NCBI GenBank assembly: GCA_049290495.1 | Contig: JBATNV010000318.1 | Coordinates: forward strand, 4,709-68,708 | Direction: 5' to 3' | DNA length: 64,000 nt | Source of the DNA: Gammaproteobacteria bacterium | GTDB taxonomy: Bacteria > Pseudomonadota > Gammaproteobacteria > Steroidobacterales > GCA-2729495 | Shown: positions 16,514-25,538 of the stretch, piece by piece | Position numbering within the stretch: position 1 is the first letter of the stretch | How the letters are laid out: each line of letters begins with the position of its first letter | Program-made: the position numbers and the translations under genes | The notes under the pieces: model-generated | What the model was told of the DNA's origin: nothing | The model's input: only the letters and a program-made list of their open reading frames with translations | Database searches by the model: none

Positions 16514-17212
16514 TCAGGGTGTGCCGGCAAGGCGAAACATCCGGTAGTACTCGGTACTTTCAGTACCCCAGCGTACCGCACCGCTATCGTCGACGAACTG
16601 CCCCCAGAACTGGTATTCGTCAGGCCGGATAACCACGGCATCGCGCGCATAGAGCGTGGTTTTCAGCCCCTCGCTGTACAGCGTACAGGCCCGCTCCTGC
16701 ATGACGCCGGAAACCTCGGTGCCCTCGGCATTGGCGGTCAGCACAAAGTCACAGCCCGGCTTTACGTCGACGTCAGCCATCGTGAGCTGCTGCAACAGTT
16801 CCGGCTTCTGGTATGCATTCTTCCACCGCTCAGCGTCACGGAAATTAAGTTCGCGCTGCACCAGCTTGCCGGTCTGCGGGTCGATGAAATACTGCAGCAA
16901 TCCGATACGGATCAGCGACGGCGGACTGAAGCTGCCATCCACCGACGCGTGCTGATAAACCAGAAAGCCGTCGATACCAGGAATCCCCGCCGTCAGCGGC
17001 GCAAAGAACTGGTATAGCTGGCGGTGAATCTGTTCCGGCGGCAACTTCCGCGTCAGGTCGCTCTCAAACTGCGCCGTGTTGCTGTACCGGCCATGTACCC
17101 AGGCGCGCACCAGGCTGAGCGTCCCCGCAGCAGCATCCGGTTTGGGTGCCGCACTGAGAGGTGCGATGGCACCAAGCAACAAAGCCAGGCAAAGAATAGT
17201 GCAGTTGCGCAT
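16514..17212 (-). CDS. CpcT/CpeT-like (bilin-lyase fold) protein with signal peptide
   Basis: ..WVHGRYSNTAQF.., ..KPGCDFVL.., ..CTLYSEG..WG.. follow the CpcT/CpeT (DUF1001) pattern. N-terminal signal peptide MRNCTILCLALLLGAIAPLSA. Confidence 0.7.
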   Translation of the reverse strand: MRNCTILCLALLLGAIAPLSAAPKPDAAAGTLSLVRAWVHGRYSNTAQFESDLTRKLPPEQIHRQLYQFFAPLTAGIPGIDGFLVYQHASVDGSFSPPSLIRIGLLQYFIDPQTGKLVQRELNFRDAERWKNAYQKPELLQQLTMADVDVKPGCDFVLTANAEGTEVSGVMQERACTLYSEGLKTTLYARDAVVIRPDEYQFWGQFVDDSGAVRWGTESTEYYRMFRLAGTP

Positions 17213-17292
17213 GTTCGTACTCCCCCAATAGACTGATGTGCGAATCGATTATAGATAAGACACGGTACTAACCGGTATCAGGAAGAGCCGAC

Positions 17293-18036
17293 ATGCACAC
17301 AGGTCTCAGTCGAATTCTGAAAACACTCGCACTTCTGCTGCTGTCCGCCGCCAGCAGCCAGGCTGGCAACAGTCCGGCCGCCAGCGAGAGCAAGGTGCTG
17401 GTTTTCGGCGGCACCGGGCAGCTGGGTTCTGCGATCGTCCGCGAGCTGCTGACCGCCGGCTACCCGGTTGTAGTATTCGTACGTCCTTCCTCCGATCGCA
17501 GTCGCCTGGCCGGACTGAAAGTCAGCTATGTCACCGGCGACATCCTCAATGCCGGCCAGGTCATGGCCGCCTTTGACGGCAAGGACATTCGTACTGTGGT
17601 CGATGCGACAGCGCGCGGCAGCGCCGACGATGAGTTCTACCCGACTGCAATGACGCACATCATCGCCGGTGCAAAAGCTGGCGGCGTACAACAGATCATC
17701 CTGGAGGGCTCGGTCGGTGCCGGGGATAACGTCAACCAGTTTCCGCAGGCTAATTTTGGCCGGATGCGTTCGACGCTGGCTGCCAAGGGACGTGCGGAGC
17801 AGCTGCTGATCGACAGCGGCATCGGCTACACGATCATTCGTAACGGCATCCTGCTTTCGGCCGATCTGCCGCCAACGCGTGCCGCCCGTCTCAGTACGGA
17901 CCAGAGCCTGATGAGAAAGATCACGCGTACTGACCTGGGACTATTGACCGTACTGTGTATAGGCAACCCAGCCTATATGAATGGTGTCTGGCATGCTGTC
18001 GATGACAGCCAGGACGTGCCACCGCAATATCGCTAG
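17293..18036 (+). CDS. NAD(P)-binding (NmrA/atypical SDR-like) protein with N-terminal signal sequence
   Basis: VLVFGGTGQLGSAIVRELL Rossmann motif after ..LLLLSAASSQA. Confidence 0.8.
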   Translation: MHTGLSRILKTLALLLLSAASSQAGNSPAASESKVLVFGGTGQLGSAIVRELLTAGYPVVVFVRPSSDRSRLAGLKVSYVTGDILNAGQVMAAFDGKDIRTVVDATARGSADDEFYPTAMTHIIAGAKAGGVQQIILEGSVGAGDNVNQFPQANFGRMRSTLAAKGRAEQLLIDSGIGYTIIRNGILLSADLPPTRAARLSTDQSLMRKITRTDLGLLTVLCIGNPAYMNGVWHAVDDSQDVPPQYR

Positions 18037-18044
18037 ATAAAAGT

Positions 18045-18063
18045 GTTATGAATGTTTCATAAC
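18045..18063. terminator. AT-rich hairpin between convergent genes
   Basis: GTTATGAA-tgt-TTCATAAC inside a conspicuously AT-rich 50-bp gap (18037-18081). Confidence 0.35.
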
Positions 18064-18081
18064 TTACTGTTCAGTATTAAT

Positions 18082-19863
18082 TTAATTACTGACTGCCTGG
18101 CCGACATTTGCAACTGTCACATGCTCTGCGAGGCGCTCTGCGCAGTTCTCGACCAGCTTCCGTAGCGGCGCCGGGAACCCGGTCCCTGCACTGACCAGCG
18201 CCAGGCTGCAGCGGTCGAGTGGAAAGCCCTGCGCCTCGATCTCGGCCGGCGTTACGCCAATCAGCAGCGCATCACAGTTCGAATCCAGCAACAGGCCGCG
18301 CACCCGATCCGCGAGCACAGCGGATGGCGCAAAGCGCGCCTGCCCGGCGAGCAGGGTCTGTCGGCTGTCGGTCACGCCCAGGCATGCGCTGTTCGCTCGC
18401 AATGCATCGCCTGTCGCCCTGAGAAGATCTTCGTCTCCACCGATGAGCACGACCGTGCGGATGCGACCATCGCAGCCATCCGGAAACCTCGCTTCCAGGA
18501 TCTGCACCGCACGTTCATCGGAAGAAAATCCGGGCGTGGCGTTGATCTCTATGACTGCACAATCGGTTTCGCGCCAGGAACGGCCGATGTCGGGGGTCAT
18601 GAAATCGATACCGGCCGCATCCAGATGAAAACAGCGCGCCAGCGATTCAGCCATGTCACGGTTGTCCGGATGTACCGCGGCTGTGCAATCCACCAGCGTC
18701 CCGCCGCGGGAAACATTTGCAGTGCTGCGCAAGCTGATCACACGGCCGGCCGCGGGCCGGTCGTCAGGACCTGAACCCTGCTTCAACAGCAGCGCCAGCA
18801 TGTCAGCATCCAGTGTCAGCTGCACACTGGCGCCCTCGGGCACGCTTTGCCGGCGCCGCTGGTTCTCCACATCGATCAGCTCAGAAACCGAACGGTTGCC
18901 ATCACCGACGATCCGCGGTGGTGACAGGCACGAGGCCCATATCAGCTTCCCGCCGATCACCGTCAGACGATGATCGTCGCCCGACACATGCCGCTCGATC
19001 AGCAGACTGCCCGGTGCAACCCGGTTGGCGGTCTCGAAAGCAGTCACCAGCTCCTGATCAGTGGTGATGTGCGCGCTGACGCCCTCGCCTTGCCGGCCGG
19101 CGTTAGGCTTGATGACCACCGGAAAGCCGATTTCCTGTGTACGTATCCGCGCCTCCGCGAGGGTACTGATCGGCGCAGCGCCGGCATCCGGAAAACCCAG
19201 CTGCGCGATTAGCTGACTGGCCAGCAACTTGTTGCGCGCCAGATTGAGCCCGGTCAGCGAATCCTGATGACTGGCGGCTACGAAACCGTGGAGGCCGGCC
19301 CGCCCCTGGCCATAGAGCCAGATGCGCGACCCAGGCGATACCGGGTAGACCGGGATACCGCGCGCCCGTGCGACACGCATCAGTGCCTGGGTCGTCTGGT
19401 CCGGCTGGCGCAACAGCAACACTGAAGCGAGTGTCTGCATCCGCGCCTCGATCGGCTGCAGATCGACACGACGCCCACCCGCTTCGTTGAAAAATGCAGT
19501 CGCGAGTTCCAGCCCAATCTCAAGCGCCATGGTGGTCGCCTGGATATCGTAATAGCCGAGCAGGATCCGGCAGTCGCCGCCGTTCAGACGCTGGATCTGC
19601 AGATCAAGACCGAGTCGGCCGTGCAGGTTCTGCAGTGCGCTCGCCAGTGCCGCCGCGAGCTGCCCGAAACTCACCTTCCCTGGTGGCAGCACCACATGGC
19701 GCATCAGCGCCGGCGGAATAAAGCTGGCGAGCTTTGCGGCCAGCGGCGCGGCCGGCACCATAACTTCGGCAGGCTCCGGAAATTCAGCAGCTACGGCAGC
19801 GAATGGCGCGGCGAGGTTTGGACCATGAAATACCGTGTACTTGACCGGCAATACCTCTGTCAT
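18082..19863 (-). CDS. cyanophycin-synthetase-like ATP-grasp protein without a Mur-ligase domain
   Basis: 593 aa. CphA-like N-terminal region, ATP-grasp core (..GFPVVIKPNAGRQGEGV.., ..HRLTVIGGKL.., ..AVIEINATPG..), then about 120 aa of unknown C-terminus. ATGA overlap with the upstream gene. Confidence 0.8.
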   Translation of the reverse strand: MTEVLPVKYTVFHGPNLAAPFAAVAAEFPEPAEVMVPAAPLAAKLASFIPPALMRHVVLPPGKVSFGQLAAALASALQNLHGRLGLDLQIQRLNGGDCRILLGYYDIQATTMALEIGLELATAFFNEAGGRRVDLQPIEARMQTLASVLLLRQPDQTTQALMRVARARGIPVYPVSPGSRIWLYGQGRAGLHGFVAASHQDSLTGLNLARNKLLASQLIAQLGFPDAGAAPISTLAEARIRTQEIGFPVVIKPNAGRQGEGVSAHITTDQELVTAFETANRVAPGSLLIERHVSGDDHRLTVIGGKLIWASCLSPPRIVGDGNRSVSELIDVENQRRRQSVPEGASVQLTLDADMLALLLKQGSGPDDRPAAGRVISLRSTANVSRGGTLVDCTAAVHPDNRDMAESLARCFHLDAAGIDFMTPDIGRSWRETDCAVIEINATPGFSSDERAVQILEARFPDGCDGRIRTVVLIGGDEDLLRATGDALRANSACLGVTDSRQTLLAGQARFAPSAVLADRVRGLLLDSNCDALLIGVTPAEIEAQGFPLDRCSLALVSAGTGFPAPLRKLVENCAERLAEHVTVANVGQAVSN

Positions 19864-21233
19864 GCGGCCGCCCGCTGCAGGCGGAGACCCAGCATTGCGC
19901 GTACCTGTGCACAGGTCGCCAGCGGCCGTTCAAACTCCTGACTGATCCGCACCAGGCGCTGCACCAGTTCGACATTGGTGGCCAGGCGGCTGCGCCCGGC
20001 GTCATAGTGGATGTTGTCCTCGAGACCGACACGCACATTTCCGCCGGCAAGAATCGCCGCAACGTTCATCGGCAACTGGAAAGAACCGAGACCCGCAGCA
20101 GACCAGACTGAATCCTCAGGCAGTGCAGCGACCAGGTGCGATAGATCACCGATCGTCGCCGCCGCGGTATTGAGATTGCCGAGCAGCAGGTTGAAATACT
20201 TCGTGCCGCTGAGTATGCCGTGCCGCTCGAGATACTTGGCCAGATTGATCATGCCGGTATCGAAGATCTCAAGCTCAGGCTTGATGTCGTTTTCGCGCAT
20301 GCACATCGCCAGCCGCTCGATGGTGTGGATGGCATTGCTGCTCGGCCCGGTGAGGAAATTGAGCGAACCGAGCGTCAGGCTTGCCATGTCCGGCTGTGCC
20401 GCTCCCTTGAGCAGCAGGACTTCACTACGCCGCTCGAACTCAGGCCAGTTGCGACCGCTGGTGGTCACACAACAGATGAGTTCCGGGCGCTCGCGGCGGA
20501 TGCCGGTGAGGATACGCTCAAAGTACCGGGTGTCGGAGGTGGGCTGGCCGGTCGTCTCGTCACGCGCGTGCAGATGAACCATCTGCGCGCCGGCATCGGC
20601 AACTGCAATCGCATCGCGGATGATCTCGTCTACGCTCAGTGGCACATAGGGCGTGCTGGCGCGGGTCGGGATCATGCCGGTCGGACAGACATTGATGATC
20701 AGCGGCGGCCAGGGTGACAAGGGATGCGGCGAATAGCGCTGCAGGTAACTTTCGCGGCGCGCCTCCCAGCCGTCCCGCTCGCGCATGTAGCGCCGCAGAT
20801 CCATGCGGATCGTGGTCCAGTAATCCACATTCTCGAGACCGAAGGAATGGATCTTCTTCAGCCGGCCGATTTCCAGATACCCGAAGTGCTTCTTGTACCA
20901 GGCAATGGTGTCGGGAATGTCCGCGTTGGTCAGTACCGTCTGAGCACCCAGAGCGTACATCGCCTCGAGGCGGGCAACCTGCAGTGCCTTGCCAATACCG
21001 AGGCCTGAAAGCTCCGGATTGACGCCGAGCAGCGTCGTCTTGCCCTCGGTCGGCGACAGCATCGTGTAGCCACCCGCGCCGACAATCTTCCCGTCGAGTC
21101 TCGCGACAAAGAAATTATCGAGCTCCAGCGTCGGCATTTCTGCCGAAGGCACCTGGTGCATGTTGAAAAAACGCATGACTTCCAGGATGGCTGGAAGGTC
21201 AGCGGGACGGGCCTTTTCGATGGTGTACTGCAT
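19860..21233 (-). CDS. GNAT acetyltransferase fused to a BKACE (3-keto-5-aminohexanoate cleavage enzyme, DUF849) domain
   Basis: N-terminus ..GVNPELSGLGIGKAL.. (GNAT). From about residue 170: ..INVCPTGMIPT..PLSVDEII..AGAQMVHLHARDETTGQPTSD.. (BKACE TIM barrel). Confidence 0.8.
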   Translation of the reverse strand: MQYTIEKARPADLPAILEVMRFFNMHQVPSAEMPTLELDNFFVARLDGKIVGAGGYTMLSPTEGKTTLLGVNPELSGLGIGKALQVARLEAMYALGAQTVLTNADIPDTIAWYKKHFGYLEIGRLKKIHSFGLENVDYWTTIRMDLRRYMRERDGWEARRESYLQRYSPHPLSPWPPLIINVCPTGMIPTRASTPYVPLSVDEIIRDAIAVADAGAQMVHLHARDETTGQPTSDTRYFERILTGIRRERPELICCVTTSGRNWPEFERRSEVLLLKGAAQPDMASLTLGSLNFLTGPSSNAIHTIERLAMCMRENDIKPELEIFDTGMINLAKYLERHGILSGTKYFNLLLGNLNTAAATIGDLSHLVAALPEDSVWSAAGLGSFQLPMNVAAILAGGNVRVGLEDNIHYDAGRSRLATNVELVQRLVRISQEFERPLATCAQVRAMLGLRLQRAAA

Positions 21234-21297
21234 GCCGGGATTCTTGCAGACTCCACCGGTTAAACACCAGCCTGCCGCTTACCGGCCCGTCTGGAAC

Positions 21298-22311
21298 TCA
21301 GTCGGCAGCCAGCGCCTTGGAGAACCGCACTTTGCGACCGGCATCGATGATCACGGCCGCGTAACCAGGGGTCGCTTCGATCAGGGCCAGGCCGCGTTCA
21401 GGTCCGAGCACGAACACACTCGTTGAAAGGCCGTCGGTGAGTGTCGCGTCAGGACCGATGATGGTCACACTGCGGACGCCCGCCACCGGCTTGCCACTCT
21501 TTGGATCGAGGATATGGTGATAGCGCACGCCGTCTTCGTCAAAGAAGCGCTCGTAGTCGCCGGAGGTTGAGATCGCCTCGTCATCGAGTGCCAGGCGCGT
21601 CACCCACTTTGACTCGTCATCCGGATCACGAATGCCAACTACCCAGGGCTTGCCGCGCCGGTCACCCAGGAGACGCGTATCGCCGCCCGCATTGACTAGC
21701 GCATTGGTGACGCCGGCCTTGCGCAGTAACGCCACCACCTGCTCGCAGGACCAGCCCTTGGCGATGCCACCCAGGTTGATCCGCGTACCCGGCCGCGTGA
21801 AGCGTATGGTCGACTTGCCGGCATCGAGCAGGACGTGACGGTAGTTGATGGCATCGAGATTGTTCGCAATTTTCGCTTCGCTAGGCCGCTCATGAGCACG
21901 GAAGTCATAGAGGTAGCCCACGCTGTCGTAGGTGATGTCGAAGGCCCCACCGGTCTGCACAGACAGTGCCAGCGAACGGCGCACCAGCGCGAAGAGTTCG
22001 GCCGACACAACCACCGGCACAGTAGCGGCATCCCGGTTAACCACGGAGATCTCGGAACTCGCACGGTAGGTGCTCATCTCGACTTCGATGCGATCGAACT
22101 CGGCCATGCCGGCGGCGATCAGCTGCCTGGCCTGCGACTCATCATCCATCCAGAGCTGGATTTCGACGCGCGTACCCATCTTGTCCTGCTGCTCTCCGAA
22201 CCAGGCAGCACTGGCGGACAGCGGGAGAAAGACAGCAAGCAGGCTGGCGACCCAGCGAATGCGGAGCGCGTCAGAACCAGAGTGAAACGAAGAACTGCAG
22301 CACGTTGGCAT
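21298..22311 (-). CDS. apbE: FAD:protein FMN transferase ApbE
   Basis: ..MGTRVEIQLW.., ..GGAFDIT.., ..NLGGIAKGW.., ..AISTSGDYERFF..HILDPKSG.. Start uncertain; the ATG at 22311 gives a signal peptide and overlaps the upstream gene. Confidence 0.88.
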   Translation of the reverse strand: MPTCCSSSFHSGSDALRIRWVASLLAVFLPLSASAAWFGEQQDKMGTRVEIQLWMDDESQARQLIAAGMAEFDRIEVEMSTYRASSEISVVNRDAATVPVVVSAELFALVRRSLALSVQTGGAFDITYDSVGYLYDFRAHERPSEAKIANNLDAINYRHVLLDAGKSTIRFTRPGTRINLGGIAKGWSCEQVVALLRKAGVTNALVNAGGDTRLLGDRRGKPWVVGIRDPDDESKWVTRLALDDEAISTSGDYERFFDEDGVRYHHILDPKSGKPVAGVRSVTIIGPDATLTDGLSTSVFVLGPERGLALIEATPGYAAVIIDAGRKVRFSKALAAD

Positions 22312-23395
22312 CGAATTCATAAAGGGGCTCCGCACCAACGGCGCCACCGCCGTTAACATCGCGGAAATCATCATAGCTGTAGGTGTAGTGATCGAGAACC
22401 AGATTCACCGTACTGCGCAGGGGGCGGTCACCTGCCCTGTCGAGCCAGGTATAGCTCACCGCGACATGCGGGCCGTAGCTCTGGAACTTGCTCAGCTCCT
22501 TGTCACGGCCCATGTAGTTCTGCGCGTCGGCATAAGGGAACAGGTCGGAATAGAAGTCCGCAGCGTTCTGACTGTAGTAGCGATAGCGAACATCCACCAT
22601 CCACCGGTCACGCCAGGGCTGCACATAACCGATGTCAAACGTCTGCGCGTCTACACCCCAGTCATCAGTGAAGAAGCGGTATCCGCCCGAAACTGCTGCC
22701 CGATATGGCAAGTGATAGCGGATGCTGATTGCAGCGGCATTGCTGGCGCGGGTATCTGGATAAACCTCGCCCTGCCAGCCATATCCGGCGGCCTGGCCTG
22801 CATCCACATACCGCACCTGGCGATAGGGATTGTTCAGATAGCCCTCATCGGCGATCGCCTCATAGTTGAAGCTTGCCAACAGGTTCCTGGTCAGAATCTG
22901 CGTGATGCCCAGGCGGTAGGCATGCCGCTTGATCTGGCCAGAGAATGCTGAATCGCCGCGCTTGCTGACATCATCGGAGCCACTGCCATAACCGAGGGTA
23001 ATGGTGGTCAGGCCGTTGAAGATGTCCTGGCTGATGCCGAAATTCACGGTCTCTGCGTTGTAGTCGTTCTCATCGCTGCTACTGAAGCCAAAGCTCAGCG
23101 TGGTGTCCTCATGCAGGTAATCGGCGCCGACACCCCACTGTTTGCGCTCTTCAGAGTATTTGCTGGCCGTGGTGATGACGTCAATCGACGCACTGCTGAT
23201 GCTGTCCACGTAATAGCTGGCGGAGAGTGAAACTTTCTCGTTGACCGACTTGCGTACCAGCAATGACGGCCCGTCAATCTGCACGCCGCCGCCATCGTAA
23301 TAATGATAGAGGGCATCGGCACGCTCCTCGGGCAGCACACCGGCAATCGCCGCACTCACAGACAGGATCAGCAGTGTGCCGGTGCGCCACATCAT
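22271..23395 (-). CDS. DUF3570-like outer-membrane beta-barrel protein
   Basis: 374 aa, signal peptide, alternating Tyr/Gly-rich beta-strand pattern, C-terminal ..FFVSLWF. Confidence 0.8.
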   Translation of the reverse strand: MMWRTGTLLILSVSAAIAGVLPEERADALYHYYDGGGVQIDGPSLLVRKSVNEKVSLSASYYVDSISSASIDVITTASKYSEERKQWGVGADYLHEDTTLSFGFSSSDENDYNAETVNFGISQDIFNGLTTITLGYGSGSDDVSKRGDSAFSGQIKRHAYRLGITQILTRNLLASFNYEAIADEGYLNNPYRQVRYVDAGQAAGYGWQGEVYPDTRASNAAAISIRYHLPYRAAVSGGYRFFTDDWGVDAQTFDIGYVQPWRDRWMVDVRYRYYSQNAADFYSDLFPYADAQNYMGRDKELSKFQSYGPHVAVSYTWLDRAGDRPLRSTVNLVLDHYTYSYDDFRDVNGGGAVGAEPLYEFDANVLQFFVSLWF

Positions 23396-23620
23396 CTAGT
23401 TACACCCGCAGCCGCCGCCGGCACTGCCGGTGGCGCCACGCGATGCCTCGCGCGCTTCATGGACGTGATCGAGATAGGTACTGGAGACAGGATTGCGGTC
23501 AAAACTCATGATCGGGTCGGCCAGCCGGTCGCGCTCATAGGGCTTTACCCACGGCTCGACATTGCTGCACCCGGCCAGCAGCATGACGGCACCGAGGAAT
23601 ACAGCCAGCGCCGCTTTCAT
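23396..23620 (-). CDS. DUF4266-like small lipoprotein
   Basis: 74 aa; lipobox LLAGC; C-terminus ..EAREASRGATGSAGGGCGCN. Directly abuts the DUF3570 gene. Confidence 0.8.
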   Translation of the reverse strand: MKAALAVFLGAVMLLAGCSNVEPWVKPYERDRLADPIMSFDRNPVSSTYLDHVHEAREASRGATGSAGGGCGCN

Positions 23621-24132
23621 GTGCGCTCCCGTATCAGCTGGCGGATGACGTCCTGGTAAACGCTTTCGTCACCCGCCTGGTAACCCTGGTGGATGAAGCG
23701 GATATTGCCCTTGCGATCGACGATCACCGTACTCGGCATCGCGGCCACATCGTAGAGCTTGCTGACCCGGTTGGCCGGATCCAGGAGCACCGGGAAGGTC
23801 ACCGGCACATCGCCAAGAAAGGCTTCCATCTGCGTGGTGTCCTCTTCGACATTGACACCGAGCATGGTGAAGCCGAGCGGTGCATACTTTTTCTGGATCT
23901 GCTCGAGCAATGGCATTTCCTTGCGGCACGGACCGCACCAGGTCGCCCAGAAATTGATCAGCACAACCTGCCCACGCAACGAAGTGAGGGATACGGCCTG
24001 GCCGTTGCGGGATGGCAGACTGAAGTCAGCTGCTGGACCTGTTGCCTCACCCGCCGCGACCGGCAAGGACATCAGCAGACCCGACAGGCACGCAACCCGC
24101 ACAAACCGGAGCAGTTTTCTGCGCATATTCAC
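23617..24132 (-). CDS. TlpA-family thiol:disulfide oxidoreductase
   Basis: ..VVLINFWATWCGPCRKEMP.. after a signal peptide. Confidence 0.9.
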   Translation of the reverse strand: MNMRRKLLRFVRVACLSGLLMSLPVAAGEATGPAADFSLPSRNGQAVSLTSLRGQVVLINFWATWCGPCRKEMPLLEQIQKKYAPLGFTMLGVNVEEDTTQMEAFLGDVPVTFPVLLDPANRVSKLYDVAAMPSTVIVDRKGNIRFIHQGYQAGDESVYQDVIRQLIRERT

Positions 24133-24133
24133 C

Positions 24134-24811
24134 TCAGAAGAACCAGCTCAGGCCGAGCGTGAACTCGATGTTGTTGGTGGTCTTGTCTTCACCACTGATG
24201 TCGTCATCGAACAGGTGGTCGCGCACATCGAAGTGCAGGCCGATGGCATCTGTGAGCAGCAGCCGGTAGCCGCCGCCAAAGCTCAGGGTGAACATGTCTT
24301 CGTCGTGGAAGGTGGTGTTGCCGGCGCCGGCCACCACATAGAACGCCGAATTGAAGGCGTGGTTCTTGCCGATGAACACTTCGCCGGGCAGCAGGTTGTA
24401 GCCCAGCGAGAGGTCGTAATACTTGTATTTTCGGTCACTGCCGAAGGACAGGTCATAGTTACCGAGGATCTCGGCACTCGACTTGTCGACCTCGCCGGTC
24501 TGCGCATAAGTCGCTTCGGCGAACAGGCCTTCCGTTACATGGTAGGCAAGACGCGCGCCGACCACTGAGTTGGTACCGAAGTCCTCAACGCTCATCATGC
24601 CGTAGTAGCCGGTGACCTCGAAGTCCTCGCTGTCGATCTTCGGCGGCGCCACGTCGCGACGTTCGATGCGCGGATCGATGACCGGCGAGGATGCGTTTGC
24701 ATCTTCCGCAGGCTCGCGCGACCGGCCCAGCAGTGAGCAGCCAGCCGTAGCAGCCAGCAGCAGGGCCATGGCCGCTGCCCTCAGAAGAAGAAAGTGAATC
24801 CGGCTTTCCAT
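24134..24811 (-). CDS. outer-membrane beta-barrel lipoprotein (OMP_myx_plus-like)
   Basis: Lipobox ..LAATAGC; C-terminal ..IEFTLGLSWFF. Begins 1 nt upstream of the next gene. Confidence 0.8.
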   Translation of the reverse strand: MESRIHFLLLRAAAMALLLAATAGCSLLGRSREPAEDANASSPVIDPRIERRDVAPPKIDSEDFEVTGYYGMMSVEDFGTNSVVGARLAYHVTEGLFAEATYAQTGEVDKSSAEILGNYDLSFGSDRKYKYYDLSLGYNLLPGEVFIGKNHAFNSAFYVVAGAGNTTFHDEDMFTLSFGGGYRLLLTDAIGLHFDVRDHLFDDDISGEDKTTNNIEFTLGLSWFF

Positions 24812-25521
24812 TCGTCCAGTTCCTCGTTGTCGTCATTACTGGTGAAGACCAGGTAGCTTGAATACTCGGCACGGAACATGAAGCGCTTCGTCACGTAGAT
24901 ACGCGCACCGAGCCCTACGTGTCCCACCTGGTCGCTCCGGTCTTCGGTACTCACCAGGGTTGCTTTTGGATTGATCTGGATAATCCCCGTGCCCAGCAGG
25001 GCGAAGGGTGAAATGCGCCAGGCCGGAAACGGCTGATGCACGATATCCACGGTCGCCAGCAAGCCATCGGAATAGTCCCCGCTCACATCACCCACCCTGG
25101 CCTCCACCGACAGGTTGCGGGTCAGGTGGTAGCCCGCGTACACGGATATCACGCTCGCACCATCCAGATCGCCGAGTCCGACGCCGGCTTCCCAGCGGCG
25201 GGCCTTGTAGTCATCGACATCCGGGTCCTTGATCTTCGTTGCGGAGCCACTGACGTCGAGCGTGGCGCTCATCTCCTCGAGCTTCACCCAGCCCTTGGTA
25301 CCGCGGTCGGTCCGCACCTGGAACCAGTCCGTACGTCGCTTCAGGACTTCAATGTGCTGACCACGATCTACGACATGAAACACCGGAAAGCCCCGCCCTG
25401 GACCGGTGTGGAGCTCGAGAAAGGGCTCGGCAACCACCGCTTCATAGTGGGCGGTTTTTGCATAAGCGGGTGTGACGAGGGCCAAGGAAACCAGCATCAG
25501 CATGACGACGACTGTACGCAT
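24781..25521 (-). CDS. SH3-domain plus outer-membrane beta-barrel protein
   Basis: ATG at 25521 with AGGA upstream; signal peptide MRTVVVMLMLVSLALVTPAYA. SH3-like ..GQHIEVLKRRTDWFQVRTDRGTKGWV..; C-terminal ..WKAGFTFFF. Confidence 0.8.
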   Translation of the reverse strand: MRTVVVMLMLVSLALVTPAYAKTAHYEAVVAEPFLELHTGPGRGFPVFHVVDRGQHIEVLKRRTDWFQVRTDRGTKGWVKLEEMSATLDVSGSATKIKDPDVDDYKARRWEAGVGLGDLDGASVISVYAGYHLTRNLSVEARVGDVSGDYSDGLLATVDIVHQPFPAWRISPFALLGTGIIQINPKATLVSTEDRSDQVGHVGLGARIYVTKRFMFRAEYSSYLVFTSNDDNEELDEWKAGFTFFF

Positions 25522-25538
25522 CGGTGTTTCCTGCAGAC

